DNA of 64,000 bases from Bispira polyomma (Eukaryota). Below, piece by piece: positions 15,001 to 25,590 of this stretch. The number at the start of each line of letters is the position of its first letter. The stretch's first letter is position 1. Under the pieces are notes generated by a model. It made no database searches. It was not told where the DNA came from and worked only from the letters and a program-made list of their open reading frames with translations. The stretch spans positions 41,912,001-41,976,000 of the forward strand of contig OZ287758.1 of the NCBI GenBank assembly GCA_965649765.1, read 5' to 3'. Position numbers and translations under genes: made by a program.

Positions 15001-18000
15001 ATAGTAGAAACGTTACATTCAATTTCAGCAATATCACTATATGTTAGTGCATTATGAACTTCATAATGCCCAACCTGGTGTATATATTCATGAACTGTAC
15101 TTTTCTGAGTTGTACTTTCCCAGAAGTTCACTGTACTTTCACATTGTATTTTTTCTTCTTCACTAGCAATTACATGATACTTAGAGTTATTGACATTAGT
15201 TTCATTTCCTACTTTACTTCCAGAATAGCTATTAGTTTTAACATTAGAATTACTAACTATGCCACTGCTATTATTGCAATTTACAACATGTTCAATTGTT
15301 CGTCCACTTGGTCGTTGACTAGCTACCTATTTTGTTAACTGGTTGCCATCAGATGGCTTCTTAGTAGCATTCGCTTTGTTACATTTATGTTCAGGGTAAA
15401 CACTTTCTTTGTTTAGGTTACGGTAACAGTAATTATAAATATGCCTATATTGGCCATGATCATTTTCATTATTGCAAGAACCATTATTATAGTATTTGCA
15501 CAAAACTTTTGCCTTCTGAACCTGGTGCCTGGTCTGAGGGTTGACGAGTGCCAACTGAGAAGTGCTAAGGCGGTTCAACGCCCATTGTGTTGAGTTTGAC
15601 CAGTCGAGTCGCCCCTCTTCGATCTGCTGCATATTCCCGCCCCATGCTGCCCTCACTGCCGTCCATGGTAGTGCATCCCGGAATGAGTATATCATCTGGT
15701 GCAGCATTTGCCTCATCAGATTGGGGTCGGAAACCTGGGCGATGTTGGCGAGTTGCCCGGCTGCCCATTGGGGCATAGTAAGATCGTCGAAGCTTGGCCT
15801 CTTTCGGGCTGTTCCCCCTATCCATCCCTCATTAGCCCAACGCGACTGAGGTTCCACACCACATACGTCTGTGGTGTTGTAACGGCTGGACTTTTGGCGT
15901 AAGGACGTCTTACCTTGGGATAAGTCTTGTCGTAGTTGGGTGTCATATGCAGCCAGCCTTTGGTTCACAGCGGCGTTAACGTCCGGGATGGATTTCAGAA
16001 CATCAAGCCTGGGAATGATGCCGTCCCGTTGGTAGTCGTGATGTTGGTGGCCAGTATATGAAGTTGAGTGACCCAGCTGCTGAGCAGTCTGACCTGGACG
16101 CAGATTCGGGGGTAATGGCAACGCTGCGTGAGGACGTAAATCTAGCCTAGTGTTGTTCCTGACTGGTATTACGGGGGACGTCAAAAGGGTTAAATTAACT
16201 GACCCTTTCAGTTCTACTCTAGTCTTTTGTTAATGTCAGCGTTTGCCGACTCGAGACGCTGCAATATGGCCATTACCCCAGACAATCCGTTAGATCCCCC
16301 CATAGAAACCTCTGACTCGGCTAACGGTTCTCTTAAGTTTGTTACCACAGGGTCTTTAATCTTTGCAGAAGCAGCCCTCCTGGTGGTCACTGGTTTCTTA
16401 GTTGCTTGAGGTGCACTACCGGGAGTTTTCTTAGTTCTTCCCATACTTGTAACACGAGTGTGCTAGAACTGCACTAGTAAGTCTTTACCCGGTATAATAT
16501 ATGTATATGAATGTATGCTTAAGCTTAATGTAAAAAAAAGTAAAATCCTAACTACTTTAAAAACACATAAAACAAGATTCCAATTTTAACTTTTTCCAGT
16601 GTTGGAAGCTTGCTTTCAAAATGGTAGCATAAGCTATTTCAGGAGGGAGGTCAATAGGTTATTGGCTATGGCTGATAAGGTTCAATGAACAGCATTAACC
16701 AGAAGTGTTTTTAAAATGGTAATTAAAGTTGTGATGTGAACTGATACAGCAGTCTCCTGAAGTGGTCGTGCTAGTCATTCTTAGAAATAATTAGAGTAAA
16801 TCATCACATCCATGATTACAATATAGATTGGCATCCTAAGGACTTACAAATTCCCAAATTTTACATTGGTGACCCAGAGTTGGTCTTGATCCTGATTACT
16901 TACATCAACGACTAAAGTAGATTGGTAACCTAACCTCTGAATAGTGACAATAGTAAGTCTTTGATCTAATTATTTACAGAAGTCACCTACAGTAGACTGG
17001 TGGCCAAAATACTTTTCAACTGATTAGAGAACGTCTTTGTCCAAGGCTGGTATTCACAAAAATACCATTGGTTTGGAATATTCGTGCAGACAATCTAATG
17101 GCTGAACATCCTCAGACAATTATCAAAATTGCATTCTAAGAATGTTTGTAAATATGGCCCCTGATCATATCAGTGACTATTTTAAAGTAGCCTGATTATT
17201 TACAACTGGTTACAGTAGAGATATTTGCTTATTATTTACACAATGGCTGAATCAGACTGGTTACCTAATCACATACAAGTAGCAATACGTCACTCCTCAC
17301 CTCCAAACGCTACACTAAATATTGTTCAAAATTCACGTTACCACAATTGAGGCTATAGTCACTCAACAGCCCTCCTACCCTGCTTCTCTTTTTTGTAACC
17401 TAAAGAGATGTAATTTCTGTTTCTTTTTCCCCGACCTTACGACCTTGCAATGCCCATGGACTAAACAATTGGATCACTGATTCTGCTGTTGTGCTTTAGA
17501 AGATGTCTAGCATTAATAATAATAGTAGGCCTCGGTTCAGAGTACTTACATCAGTGACCAGTGTAGACTCGTAACCTGAGGCTGGGTCATACCAATAGCC
17601 ATGCTGACATTCAACTGTAGAGTTATCTATGCTGAAATTACTGTAAAGAAATTGTAATAATTGTAATCAGATTTATACTGACCGCATATATCTACCTTTA
17701 TCTGGTATTCAGAGCTTTAATTAACCCTTTCCTGACTGCAACAGTCAACTGATTTAGTTACTGTCACTGCTGTAACTGAAGAGAGAGGCTTGACCATTTA
17801 TCAACGTCAGCAATGATCTTTAGATTGCTATTGGGAATAGGACCCAGTGACAGAGGACCACCATTTTAAGTGGTTATCCGAGCCACTAGGAAAAAGTGTC
17901 TTGCCAAAGGATGTTATCCACCAATGAATCTAGCAGGTTCCGGGAATAGAATGCAGAACCTTCTGATCATCAGACCAACTCCCTCCTCTGTTCAACAGAC

Positions 18001-19864
18001 CAAGATAAGCAACATTTAATGTTATTTCTCTTGTATTGTAGAGTTATCCCTGCTAAAACTACTGTGTTTACATTTATTTTAATATATGATATAATATATA
18101 TTTTATTTAATATAAAAATATCATATAAATGTAATTTTAATGCCTATTTAAATATTAAGCATCTTCTTTATGGCTATTTATTTAAATAGAAGAAGAACAA
18201 AGAAAACCTATAGCTGGCCTTTGAAGGACAAAAATAATGTACACATCCCAGACATTTTTTTTCATTTTTTTTATATTTTTTTACATTCTTCAAAATAAGT
18301 TACAGCTGTATATGTATCTACATTATTTGAAGTAGTTGAATATATATTAACATGAAGGAAAGTTTTCAGGTCGTCTGGGTTGAAATAATATTTAGTTGGG
18401 TTTTGTTTTGCTTTCATTAGATAATGCCATGTTGCGACGGCCAGATTCAAGGGTGGAAGAAACCAGTTCTGAAGCACTGTGGTAAGTATCTGACATACGA
18501 CAAGATTTAAACCCACAGGTGAGAAGCTGGCGATTGTGAACCTAATGATTCCAATCACTTTGACGTCTGGGAGCCACATTACTGAATGACTATGCAGTTT
18601 AAGACTAAAGGTCTATACTTGTTAATCCAATGTATTGCATACCTGTACATAAGGCACTGGTCATATTTACATTGCCCTTCACTGTCACAGTTTTGTGGGA
18701 TGGTCTTATTCATTAAACTGCCTTCTGGTACAGCACATCTGTAGTTAGGAGTGTCACCTACATAAATTAAGTAAGTATAGTGTTTACAGTAAAAACCCGG
18801 TATTTCGAGCGGTCACAGGACATGTAAAATGGTGGTACACATTGTTTTCCAATGGTTACACATGTACACTTTTAAAATGATTCTTTATCTATACAGCCAG
18901 TACTTATTCCGGCCTAAAGGTCCACCCTGGATGCATCCTTAATTGAGAATAGGTCTGTATGTCCAACTAGGGCACTGGGATTCTATCTTGACCAAAGACT
19001 TAAGGAAGGGCAAGAATATAAAATGTGACCAACAGAAGGGCAAGTTATAAAGGAAGGTTACTCAAAGAATATCTCTAAGGTAACCCTATCATCCTGAGAT
19101 TCCATCTTGGTCAGCCCTTCTGTGCAGATTTTATTCCCAAATGTATTGTATTCTTTTTGGACCAATGCATCTGGCAAATTTTATGTAGAGTGGTTGAGTA
19201 GTTTTTTGTGATAAACAAACAGACATCACCAAAAACATAACTTCCTTGACAGAATAAAGGTTCACTCACCCACTGCAGTCTATTTTTAAAGAGTGTTTTA
19301 GAGTAGTGTAATCAACTGCAGTTTAGTCTCTTAAAAAGTTTAACACATTATGTGTGAGTTAAGAAAACCAAGGCCTGAGAGCAGAGATCAAGACAACAAC
19401 TGTATGTACTGAAGTATTGATTTTCACTCACTGAATTTTTAAACCACACTTGTAGAATATTCTATTCACATCTACAATTTACACACATTCCCTATACAGT
19501 AAACACATATTAATAGTTGTGGAACAAAGATACCTAAGCAATAAAAAAGAAAGGAGAAAGCATGAAGCTTTACTAACCTGTGAGCAGTAGTGACCTCGCC
19601 AACTGCTCTCTATTTTCCTACCTAACCTATTATTTAATCCATTATAACGTTGGCTGTGTCACAGAGTACACATAATTATAGTTGTAACAAATGAAATCAA
19701 AGCATTTAAATTAAAAAAAAATAATAAACTTACTAACCTATGAAGACGATTGACATCATCATCCAAGCATAAGGTACACCAAATCCAAAGGCGTAGATAC
19801 AATATGACCTCATCTGCCATTTGCTGAACTTCCCTAGACGCCTGAGGGCTTGATCTGAATCCAT
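1..19864 (-). CDS. SLC22-family organic ion transporter, tandem copy A (3' end runs off the window)
   Basis: Exons 19864-19738, 18757-18643, 17640-17550, 10465-10368, 9585-9453, 8644-8448, 5971-5744, 4710-4576, 3346-3212, 2220-2141, 1071-878, 54-<1. All introns are GT-AG with compatible phases and no in-frame stops. SLC22/MFS motifs: LGKFSKWQ, STLVTD-FSLVC, SDAYGRK, ELFPT, ESVPWL, GRR, ELYPTNMR. Confidence 0.92.
878..1071 (-). CDS. SLC22 copy A exon 11 (TM10-11)
   Basis: DWSSGYTWLIVTLSVLGKMGFTCSFAGVCAHTPELYPTNMRSVGLGTSFMFARAAHFTAPLFRVL; 194 nt, AG/GT flanks. Confidence 0.92.
1100..1419. mobile_element. MITE-like element
   Basis: Inverted ends around TATTCACAAA / TTTGTGAATA; the interior is missing at the paralogous site in copy B (~33385). 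Confidence 0.55.
2141..2220 (-). CDS. SLC22 copy A exon 10
   Basis: IGRRLSLCIYYIAAGVALMGTVIRIY; 80 nt. Confidence 0.9.
3212..3346 (-). CDS. SLC22 copy A exon 9 (TM7-8)
   Basis: FVVALGYHAIALTVTYLPGNRYVNALLYSIIEVPAYIILWIMFH; 135 nt. Confidence 0.9.
4576..4710 (-). CDS. SLC22 copy A exon 8
   Basis: LLGKLQ...YTIKDLFRSRTILMYSIIQWFN; 135 nt. Confidence 0.9.
5744..5971 (-). CDS. SLC22 copy A exon 7 (central loop)
   Basis: FLTESVPWLVANKKYQKAETILTEAAKVN...; 228 nt. Confidence 0.9.
6495..6751 (+). mobile_element. tRNA-derived SINE, family 1, full length
   Basis: A box GTGGCCTAGTGG, B box GTTCGAATCC, (CAAATT)n tail; 15-bp TSD ATTAAGGC(A/G)CAACAA at 6480-6494 and 6752-6766. Confidence 0.9.
6767..7365 (-). 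mobile_element. L2 LINE 3' fragment (same family as 23755-25590)
   Basis: TSITPVLKKLHWLPVEQ...; the 3' UTR matches 25500-25590. Confidence 0.85.
8448..8644 (-). CDS. SLC22 copy A exon 6
   Basis: GMVSTAFILGLELFPTEQRTLAG...YLIRNWRHLQ...; 197 nt. Confidence 0.93.
9453..9585 (-). CDS. SLC22 copy A exon 5
   Basis: DAYGRKVIFLACMWSN...GFIDGIQQQ; MFS motif A; 133 nt. Confidence 0.93.
10368..10465 (-). CDS. SLC22 copy A exon 4
   Basis: FSLVCGKNWLVELSMTINQVGGVLGAFVFPQL; 98 nt. Confidence 0.92.
11006..11626. mobile_element. Non-autonomous Tc1/mariner-type element (MITE)
   Basis: TIR C(A/T)GGGGGG(G)ACAG(C/T)AATTC, TA on both sides; empty site at ~35470 and ~45340. Confidence 0.85.
12006..12945 (-). 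pseudogene. Tyrosine recombinase (phage integrase family) of the YR retrotransposon
   Basis: Catalytic set FLRMSN (R), KWAK (K), HTLRR (HxxR), HGLW, WTY (Y). The N-terminal part (RIHAALRPST...LAFLEYL) is in a different frame because of an indel near 12745. Confidence 0.9.
12952..13605 (-). pseudogene. YR-retrotransposon RNase H
   Basis: Catalytic motifs YLDACLTGLGG, ITQLEMVN, HCDN, NILADALSR; one in-frame stop. Confidence 0.88.
13692..14802 (-). pseudogene. YR-retrotransposon reverse transcriptase (frameshifted)
   Basis: YLKFGFPL, SPLLTRPK, RRVILNLS, KVDVARVFR, AFGW, CYIDD (YxDD), TFLGI. Confidence 0.9.
15327..16444 (-). pseudogene. YR-retrotransposon gag-like ORF1 (interrupted near 16200)
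   Basis: Basic N-terminus and a coiled-coil-like stretch (MAILQRLESANADINKRLE); C-terminal Cys/His knuckle CKYYNNGSC...H...C...HKC. Confidence 0.75.
17550..17640 (-). CDS. SLC22 copy A exon 3
   Basis: NFSIDNSTVECQHGYWYDPASGYESTLVTD; extracellular loop; 91 nt. Confidence 0.92.
18643..18757 (-). CDS. SLC22 copy A exon 2
   Basis: DTPNYRCAVPEGSLMNKTIPQNCDSEGQCKYDQCLMY; 115 nt. Confidence 0.9.
19738..19864 (-). CDS. SLC22 copy A first coding exon
   Basis: MDSDQALRRLGKFSKWQMRSYCIYAFGFGVPYAWMMMSIVFI; the TTTTTCAG acceptor at 19903-19904 implies an upstream UTR exon. Confidence 0.9.
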
Positions 19865-21273
19865 CTTGTCTTTATCTAGCCAGAAATATGCCCAGTATTT
19901 CTCTGAAAAAAATCAAGACTGCCACTACTTTTACTATTTCAACACTAGAAGGTGGACCAATTCAAAATAATGGACATTGAACACAGTTTGTACAACTACT
20001 GCATGACAATGAATATTCTGACCAAAGAAAATAATATGTTAATTGCTGCTGCATCCAATTTTAAAAAGGCAATACAGCATATACACTTGTATATACTTAC
20101 TGATTAGGATATGCACCACTTAGGATGGCTGTCAATCGCTTGTGGTGCTATAGAAGTAAAACATTAACATAATAGAAGTAGTATATGATATAGAGGTTTA
20201 TATGTGCAGAATTCACTTACTAGAACCTGGAAGAATGATACTGTAAATAAGCCGATCCTGTTGAAGACCTGACACAGACCTAAGCTGGTGCTTCACATGT
20301 TGGTGGGGTAGAGTTCTGGGGTGAATACATACAGGCAAGCTATACAACAGCTAAAGCCTATCTCACCAATGACACTGAGGTAAACAATCAGCCAGTCCAG
20401 TTCAGATCCCCAAGCTAAAGTGCAATCATATAGAGTACAGTACTCTAGAATATAATTGCTTTGGTAGTGCTCCTAATGAGTTCCTTTGATTGGAATAAAC
20501 ATGGATGTGTAAAACAATTTTCGTACAAGGTATCCATAGTAGTACTACAGTTTATAACCTCTATTATGTGAATGCATTGGGAGAGTGCCGATCTGTTTGA
20601 ATAAAAAAAATGTTCACAAGACAAAAGAGGTAGTTTAGTGCAAAACAGCAGGAAAAAAATGAGTGAAATTGACTTGATCAAATTAAAAATTTGCATGCAA
20701 ATTGTCAGGATACATATGTAGCCATAGCTTGAGACTTCCTGGTAAGTATACAACAAATATTTGTTTGATATAATTAGAAGAATATTGAAAGATTTCCATG
20801 AAATATACCTGTAAGTAATTTTCAGGAGTCACCCTGAAATATTATTGTTCTATTTTCCAAATATCAATGAAATAGCTGGTAGGGTTGCAGGTTCACTTTT
20901 AGGCTTAATGCTATCCAATAAGTTCTAGAGAAAAAGTTTTATCAATTTTAGAGTTGTTTTGGCTTTCAACACTGTTGTTAATGTATGAATGGGATCAGGA
21001 CATTCAAACATATGTGGTGACATCTTGTTTTGTTAAGCATGTAACTTAATCAATTTATACGGATAACAACATACTAAGAGGCAATCTGCACAAGGGTTCC
21101 TAGAAGAGCAAGTCCACCAAGAGTGAAGTACATAGCCATTAAATTCCTTTTGCCAATGCTGAAAAGATGGCAAACCAGTTGCGATTTTTCCAAAAATATT
21201 TACCATGTATGTAATAAAAGTATATATGGCATATATTTATCCACTTTATATCTACATATTACCTCGGTCAGGA

Positions 21274-21512
21274 TTGAATTTGAATTTGGAATATTTAACA
21301 TCCAATCTAGTACCTTTTAATCGGTTATATTGGGACAGATAGTTGAAATGCTGGAGGAAACAGTGCATACAGTTGTTCAAGATCCTGCACTGAAACTACT
21401 ACCTTTCCCACATAGGCATCGACAGGAGACGAACCCACTCCAGCTAATCCCAGAGATGAAAGACCAGTGATTTTAAAGGGCACACTTATAACCACTAGGC
21501 CACCGCAGCCCC
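21274..21512 (-). mobile_element. tRNA-derived SINE family 1
   Basis: Reverse complement of the 6495 family; imperfect TSD CCT(C/T)GGTCA(G/A)GA. Confidence 0.85.
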
Positions 21513-21759
21513 TCCTTGGTCAAGAACCTGTGACTTAAAATATAATGATTGCAGAGGTAGCATTTGACACTTCAAACTTTAGCTGTGTTTGGAGTTTATT
21601 GACCCTTGATCAAGATATTAGGACCATTATTTTGCCCATAACAGACAACTACATTATATTGCACTGCTTTTAAATTTGATGAATAACGAAATTCAGCACA
21701 AGTTTTTCACTAAGTAACATTTTAGTGCCCTACTCAGAATAGCTTGGTTTTTGGTATAA

Positions 21760-22975
21760 CCCAGGTAAGTAAAAAGGCAGGAATGGGGATATCAGTTTAA
21801 TTTTCTATGGTATATTTATTTACATACTCAAGAATGGCCACCATAGCACCCATAGTTTAAGGTTTATAAGTTAAGGTGACCTTGCCAACACCCAGCCTAG
21901 TAAGTATCAAGGTAAGATTTCTCCTAATCTGGGTATCGACCATTGGAGACCATTTTTGGTCTTTTTAAAATCCAAACAGAGGAAAGTTTTTGTGGTCTGG
22001 TGTGATAGCTAACAGAATTCTAGTAACTGCAAGGGGGAACCACTTAAAGTAGGGATTTTGAGAATCTAAGAACTTTTTGAGAACTTTTGACTACATTTTT
22101 CGACTGAAGGGTTTTAGACCACTTTATAATTATATGCAAGCCTGGAGGTGCAAAAAGCACATCTCCCCTAGCTAAGAGGGAGAATTGGGAAGCTGCATGG
22201 GGAATAAATTTTAAAACCTTAAAAAGGAGACAGAGGCCAAAAGATACACTGCTTTAAACACCAAACCCATGTACATGCTATCACATATTTGAATAATTTG
22301 GTGAAGGAGAGGTGTGTCTATGATTGCCTTAATCTTAGCCTTGAAGGGGATATTGAGTACTAAAGCTTTTTGATAATACTTGATCCGAGAATCAGCGAAA
22401 GTCGAGACATCAAGGCCATACAGGACCATTTTTGCTTTAATTGCTGGGAGATAATTTGCTATAGAGGGAGAAGAGACGTGGTTAACCACTAGTACCTCCA
22501 AGAAGGCCAGAATGATCAAAAACCAAAACCTCAAAATAACATATTTGTGTTAGCCCTCTCAGTAGCAGGTCTGAAAGCCTGGTGAGTTCTGTGTGAAGCC
22601 TGTGTAACAATCTTCATAAACTGGGAGGGAACATCTGAAAATTATATAGACCAATCTATTTCTAACATAGTGTCTTTAACCTTTAACCACTTGGGATTGG
22701 GTAACAATTTTAGTAATTTTGAGTTACTATCAGTGGTGACGTGCGATCAAGACAGCAGACCAGACACTGTGTTCAATCTGCCTAGTATGTGTATGGTTTA
22801 AGCCTGATGTGTCCACAGATGCCACCTCCATGAAAATATTTCTGGAAATTGCTGCTAGGGTCAGATCCCTAGTTTTACCAGCGTTGAGAATTGTGACTAC
22901 GGCTGCATTATCACACTGAAGTATTAAACGTTTACCAGCCCAAGTTGACTTCCATAGCCTGATAACACTTGTTTT
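21760..22975 (-). mobile_element. Second, decayed YR retrotransposon fragment (RNase H + YR)
   Basis: RLWKSTWAGKRLILQCDNAAVVTILNAGKTRDLTLAAISRNI (RNase H), then ...AFRPAT...LAFLEVLV...SIANYL...FKAVYLLASVSFLRF (YR). Related to, but distinct from, the 11860-16780 element. Confidence 0.82.
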
Positions 22976-23754
22976 AGACTATAACTGAGGCTTCTGAGAT
23001 TGAGTTCCCGACTTTAGGGCACTGTTTAAAATAAATGCCCTCAAATTGGGCATTATTTTCCACAGTGCCCTCTACCTTAATAATAAGGGGTCTCATTAAA
23101 ATACAACAGGTCATGTGACCACTTCTAAGCCAATAAAATCCTAGGATTATCTGCTGAGGTATTATATTTGTGACATATGGGTTGTTAGCAGTAACCTATA
23201 CAACTCTGAAAAATGAATGTAATATATAACCTTACTCACAAGTGAAACATGATCCACACAATGATATATGCTGGTATTTCTGTTAAGGAATGAAGCAGTG
23301 AATTGATCTTTCCGTCTCCTGGTGAATAAGTCACCATCAGAGCCATATCATTGTACCCTAATGATGTCACCAGCCTTGGAGAAAAAAACCAAACAAACAG
23401 TCAGTAACTCAAAACGCAGGCCTCTTAATTAGTGCTTCTCTAATACCATTTAATCTGTTAAACATGCGAGAACTTAAGGGTATAGACTTTAATACAGTTA
23501 TGGCAACCATGCACAAAACCAGTCCCACAAATGACTGAATGCTTTTCTCTTCGTCATATATACACACCTTTAATAGTCAAGGTGTGGAGATTGTAGTATC
23601 TCATGTATGTATTTATTATTGTATACAACTTTTAACCAAGTGAGCCCCTCTTGAAGAATTATTGTAACCACTTCATCTCCACAGTTATCTAAACAGCATA
23701 CCATCCCATTAATAATATATTATTGTACTATTAATAACGTTATAAACATGTGTA

Positions 23755-25590
23755 TCTTATCTGTATGTTGGATTCATGGCCAACATCTCTCATCAAAGAA
23801 TGTGGTGATATATTACTCCCATCCATTACAAAGCTTGTAAACTGCTCACTTACTGAGGCACATGTACCTGATGGTTTTAAAACAGCTGTGGTTACACCTC
23901 TTATTAAGAAGGCTTCTCTTCCAGTTGATGACCTGAAGAACTATCTCCCTGTATCTGGTGTTAGTTTCATCTTAAAACTGGTTGAACGTGGGGTTGCTAG
24001 GCAACTGTTAGATCACGTCTTTGTTCACAACTTAGACAACCCATACCAGTCTGCATATACAACAGGTCATTCGACTAAGACAGGGGGGCCGCGGTGGCCT
24101 TGTGGTTAGCAAGCATTGTGCTTCACAATCACTGGTCTCTCACCTCTGGGCGGCATGAGTTCGAATTCCGTCGATGCCTATGTGGGAAAGGTGCTAGTTC
24201 CTTACTGTGGGCCACTGGTTTCAGTGCAGAACCTTGATCAACTGTATGCAGTGTTTCCTCCAGCGTTTCCAACTACCCGTCCCTTTATAACCTAAACAGG
24301 TACTAGAGTGGACATTAAATATCCCAATTCAAATTCAAATTGAAATTCCACTGAGACATGCCTTCTGTCTATAAAAAATGAAGTTCACCTATCTTTGTAA
24401 AGAGGTGAACCTACTGCCCTGGTGTTGCTTGACCTCTCTGCTGCCTTTGACACCATTGATCATTGCACTCTTCTCAGTCGTCTCCAGACTTGGTTTGGAG
24501 TTGGGGGCTTTGTTCTTAAATGGTTCACTTCCTGCTTAACTGATCGGCTCTATCTTGTTCGATCTTTGTAAACTCTTGTTTGGTGTTCCTCAAGGTTCTG
24601 TTTTGGGCCCTCTGTTGTTCACACTGTAGACTGGCCCTTTCAGATTGGTTATCGGCAAATACAAAGGTATTAAGTTTCATGTTTATGCAGATGATACCCA
24701 AATTTATGTGCATCTATTCCATAAGAACACATCTACTGCCTTTGAACAGTTGAACAGGTGCCTTGACGATGTGAAAGAGTGGATGTCAACTGGTAAACTC
24801 AAACTTAATCCCGACAAGACTGAGTTTATAATCTTTGGCTCAAAATAGAGGGTTAAGTTGAAAGCATTGTTTCCAGTTGACATCCTAGGTAGCCCTTTCA
24901 GCCTAGCTGATTCTGTCAAGAACCTGAGTGTATGGTTTGACTCTGACTTTTCTTTCTCTAAACACATTCAGAGTGTCTGCAAAAGTTATTTTGTGCAACT
25001 CCAGGACTTTAGACGTGTCAGACGGTTTCTTACTTATGATGCTTCTATACTTGTGGCCAACGCTTTTATCAGTAGTAGACTGGATTACTGCAATTCGCTT
25101 TTCAGGAGTCTCTCAAAGTTTAATTTACGCAAATTACAATGCATTCAAAATAGTGCAGCTAGAATAGTGTCAAACACCAGTCGATACACCAGTATGACTC
25201 CTGTTCTTAAGAAATTGCATTGGCTCCCTGTTGAACAGCGTTCAGTGTTTAAAACAGCTACACTTGTTTATAAGTTTCTTCACACTGGGTTTCCAAAGTA
25301 TTTTGCCCTATATCTTTCCACTTACAGTAGTTCCTACAATACCAGACGTAGTCAGAGTGGTAGTAATTTCCTTGTCGTTCTGAAGTTCCACCCATCTACC
25401 CAAAAGTCGGTTAAACAGTTTGGTCACAGCTTTGCTTTTGATGCTCCCATTGTTTGAAATGCTCTTCCTGATGTGATTCGTGCTTCCCCCTCACTAATCT
25501 GTTTTAGAAAGCAGCTTAAAAACCAGTTGTATACTAAAGCATACCCACCTTAGTCTCTATCATCCCACGCTCTGTGGTGCTGACCCTTGT
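23755..25590 (+). mobile_element. L2/CR1-group LINE, 5'-truncated ORF2 (RT), decayed
   Basis: [70 protein letters not shown], ...KAYPP*; interrupted by a SINE. Confidence 0.92.
24083..24344 (+). mobile_element. tRNA-derived SINE family 1 inserted in the L2 RT
   Basis: Near-identical to the 6495 copy; TSD ATTC(G/C)ACT(A/G)AGACA at 24069-24082 and 24345-24358 duplicates the HSTET codons. Confidence 0.92.

Larger units (their letters stand above)
11860..16780 (-). mobile_element. Tyrosine-recombinase retrotransposon (DIRS order, Ngaro-like), near full length, decayed
   Basis: gag-RT-RNase H-YR order with no methyltransferase domain. Boundaries are approximate, taken from an empty-site paralog at ~35830-35900 that joins the 11860 and 16780 flanks. 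Confidence 0.9.

Noticed and set aside
12248-16409. Plus-strand ORFs over the YR element
   Set aside because: Antisense shadows of gag/RT/YR with no motifs of their own.
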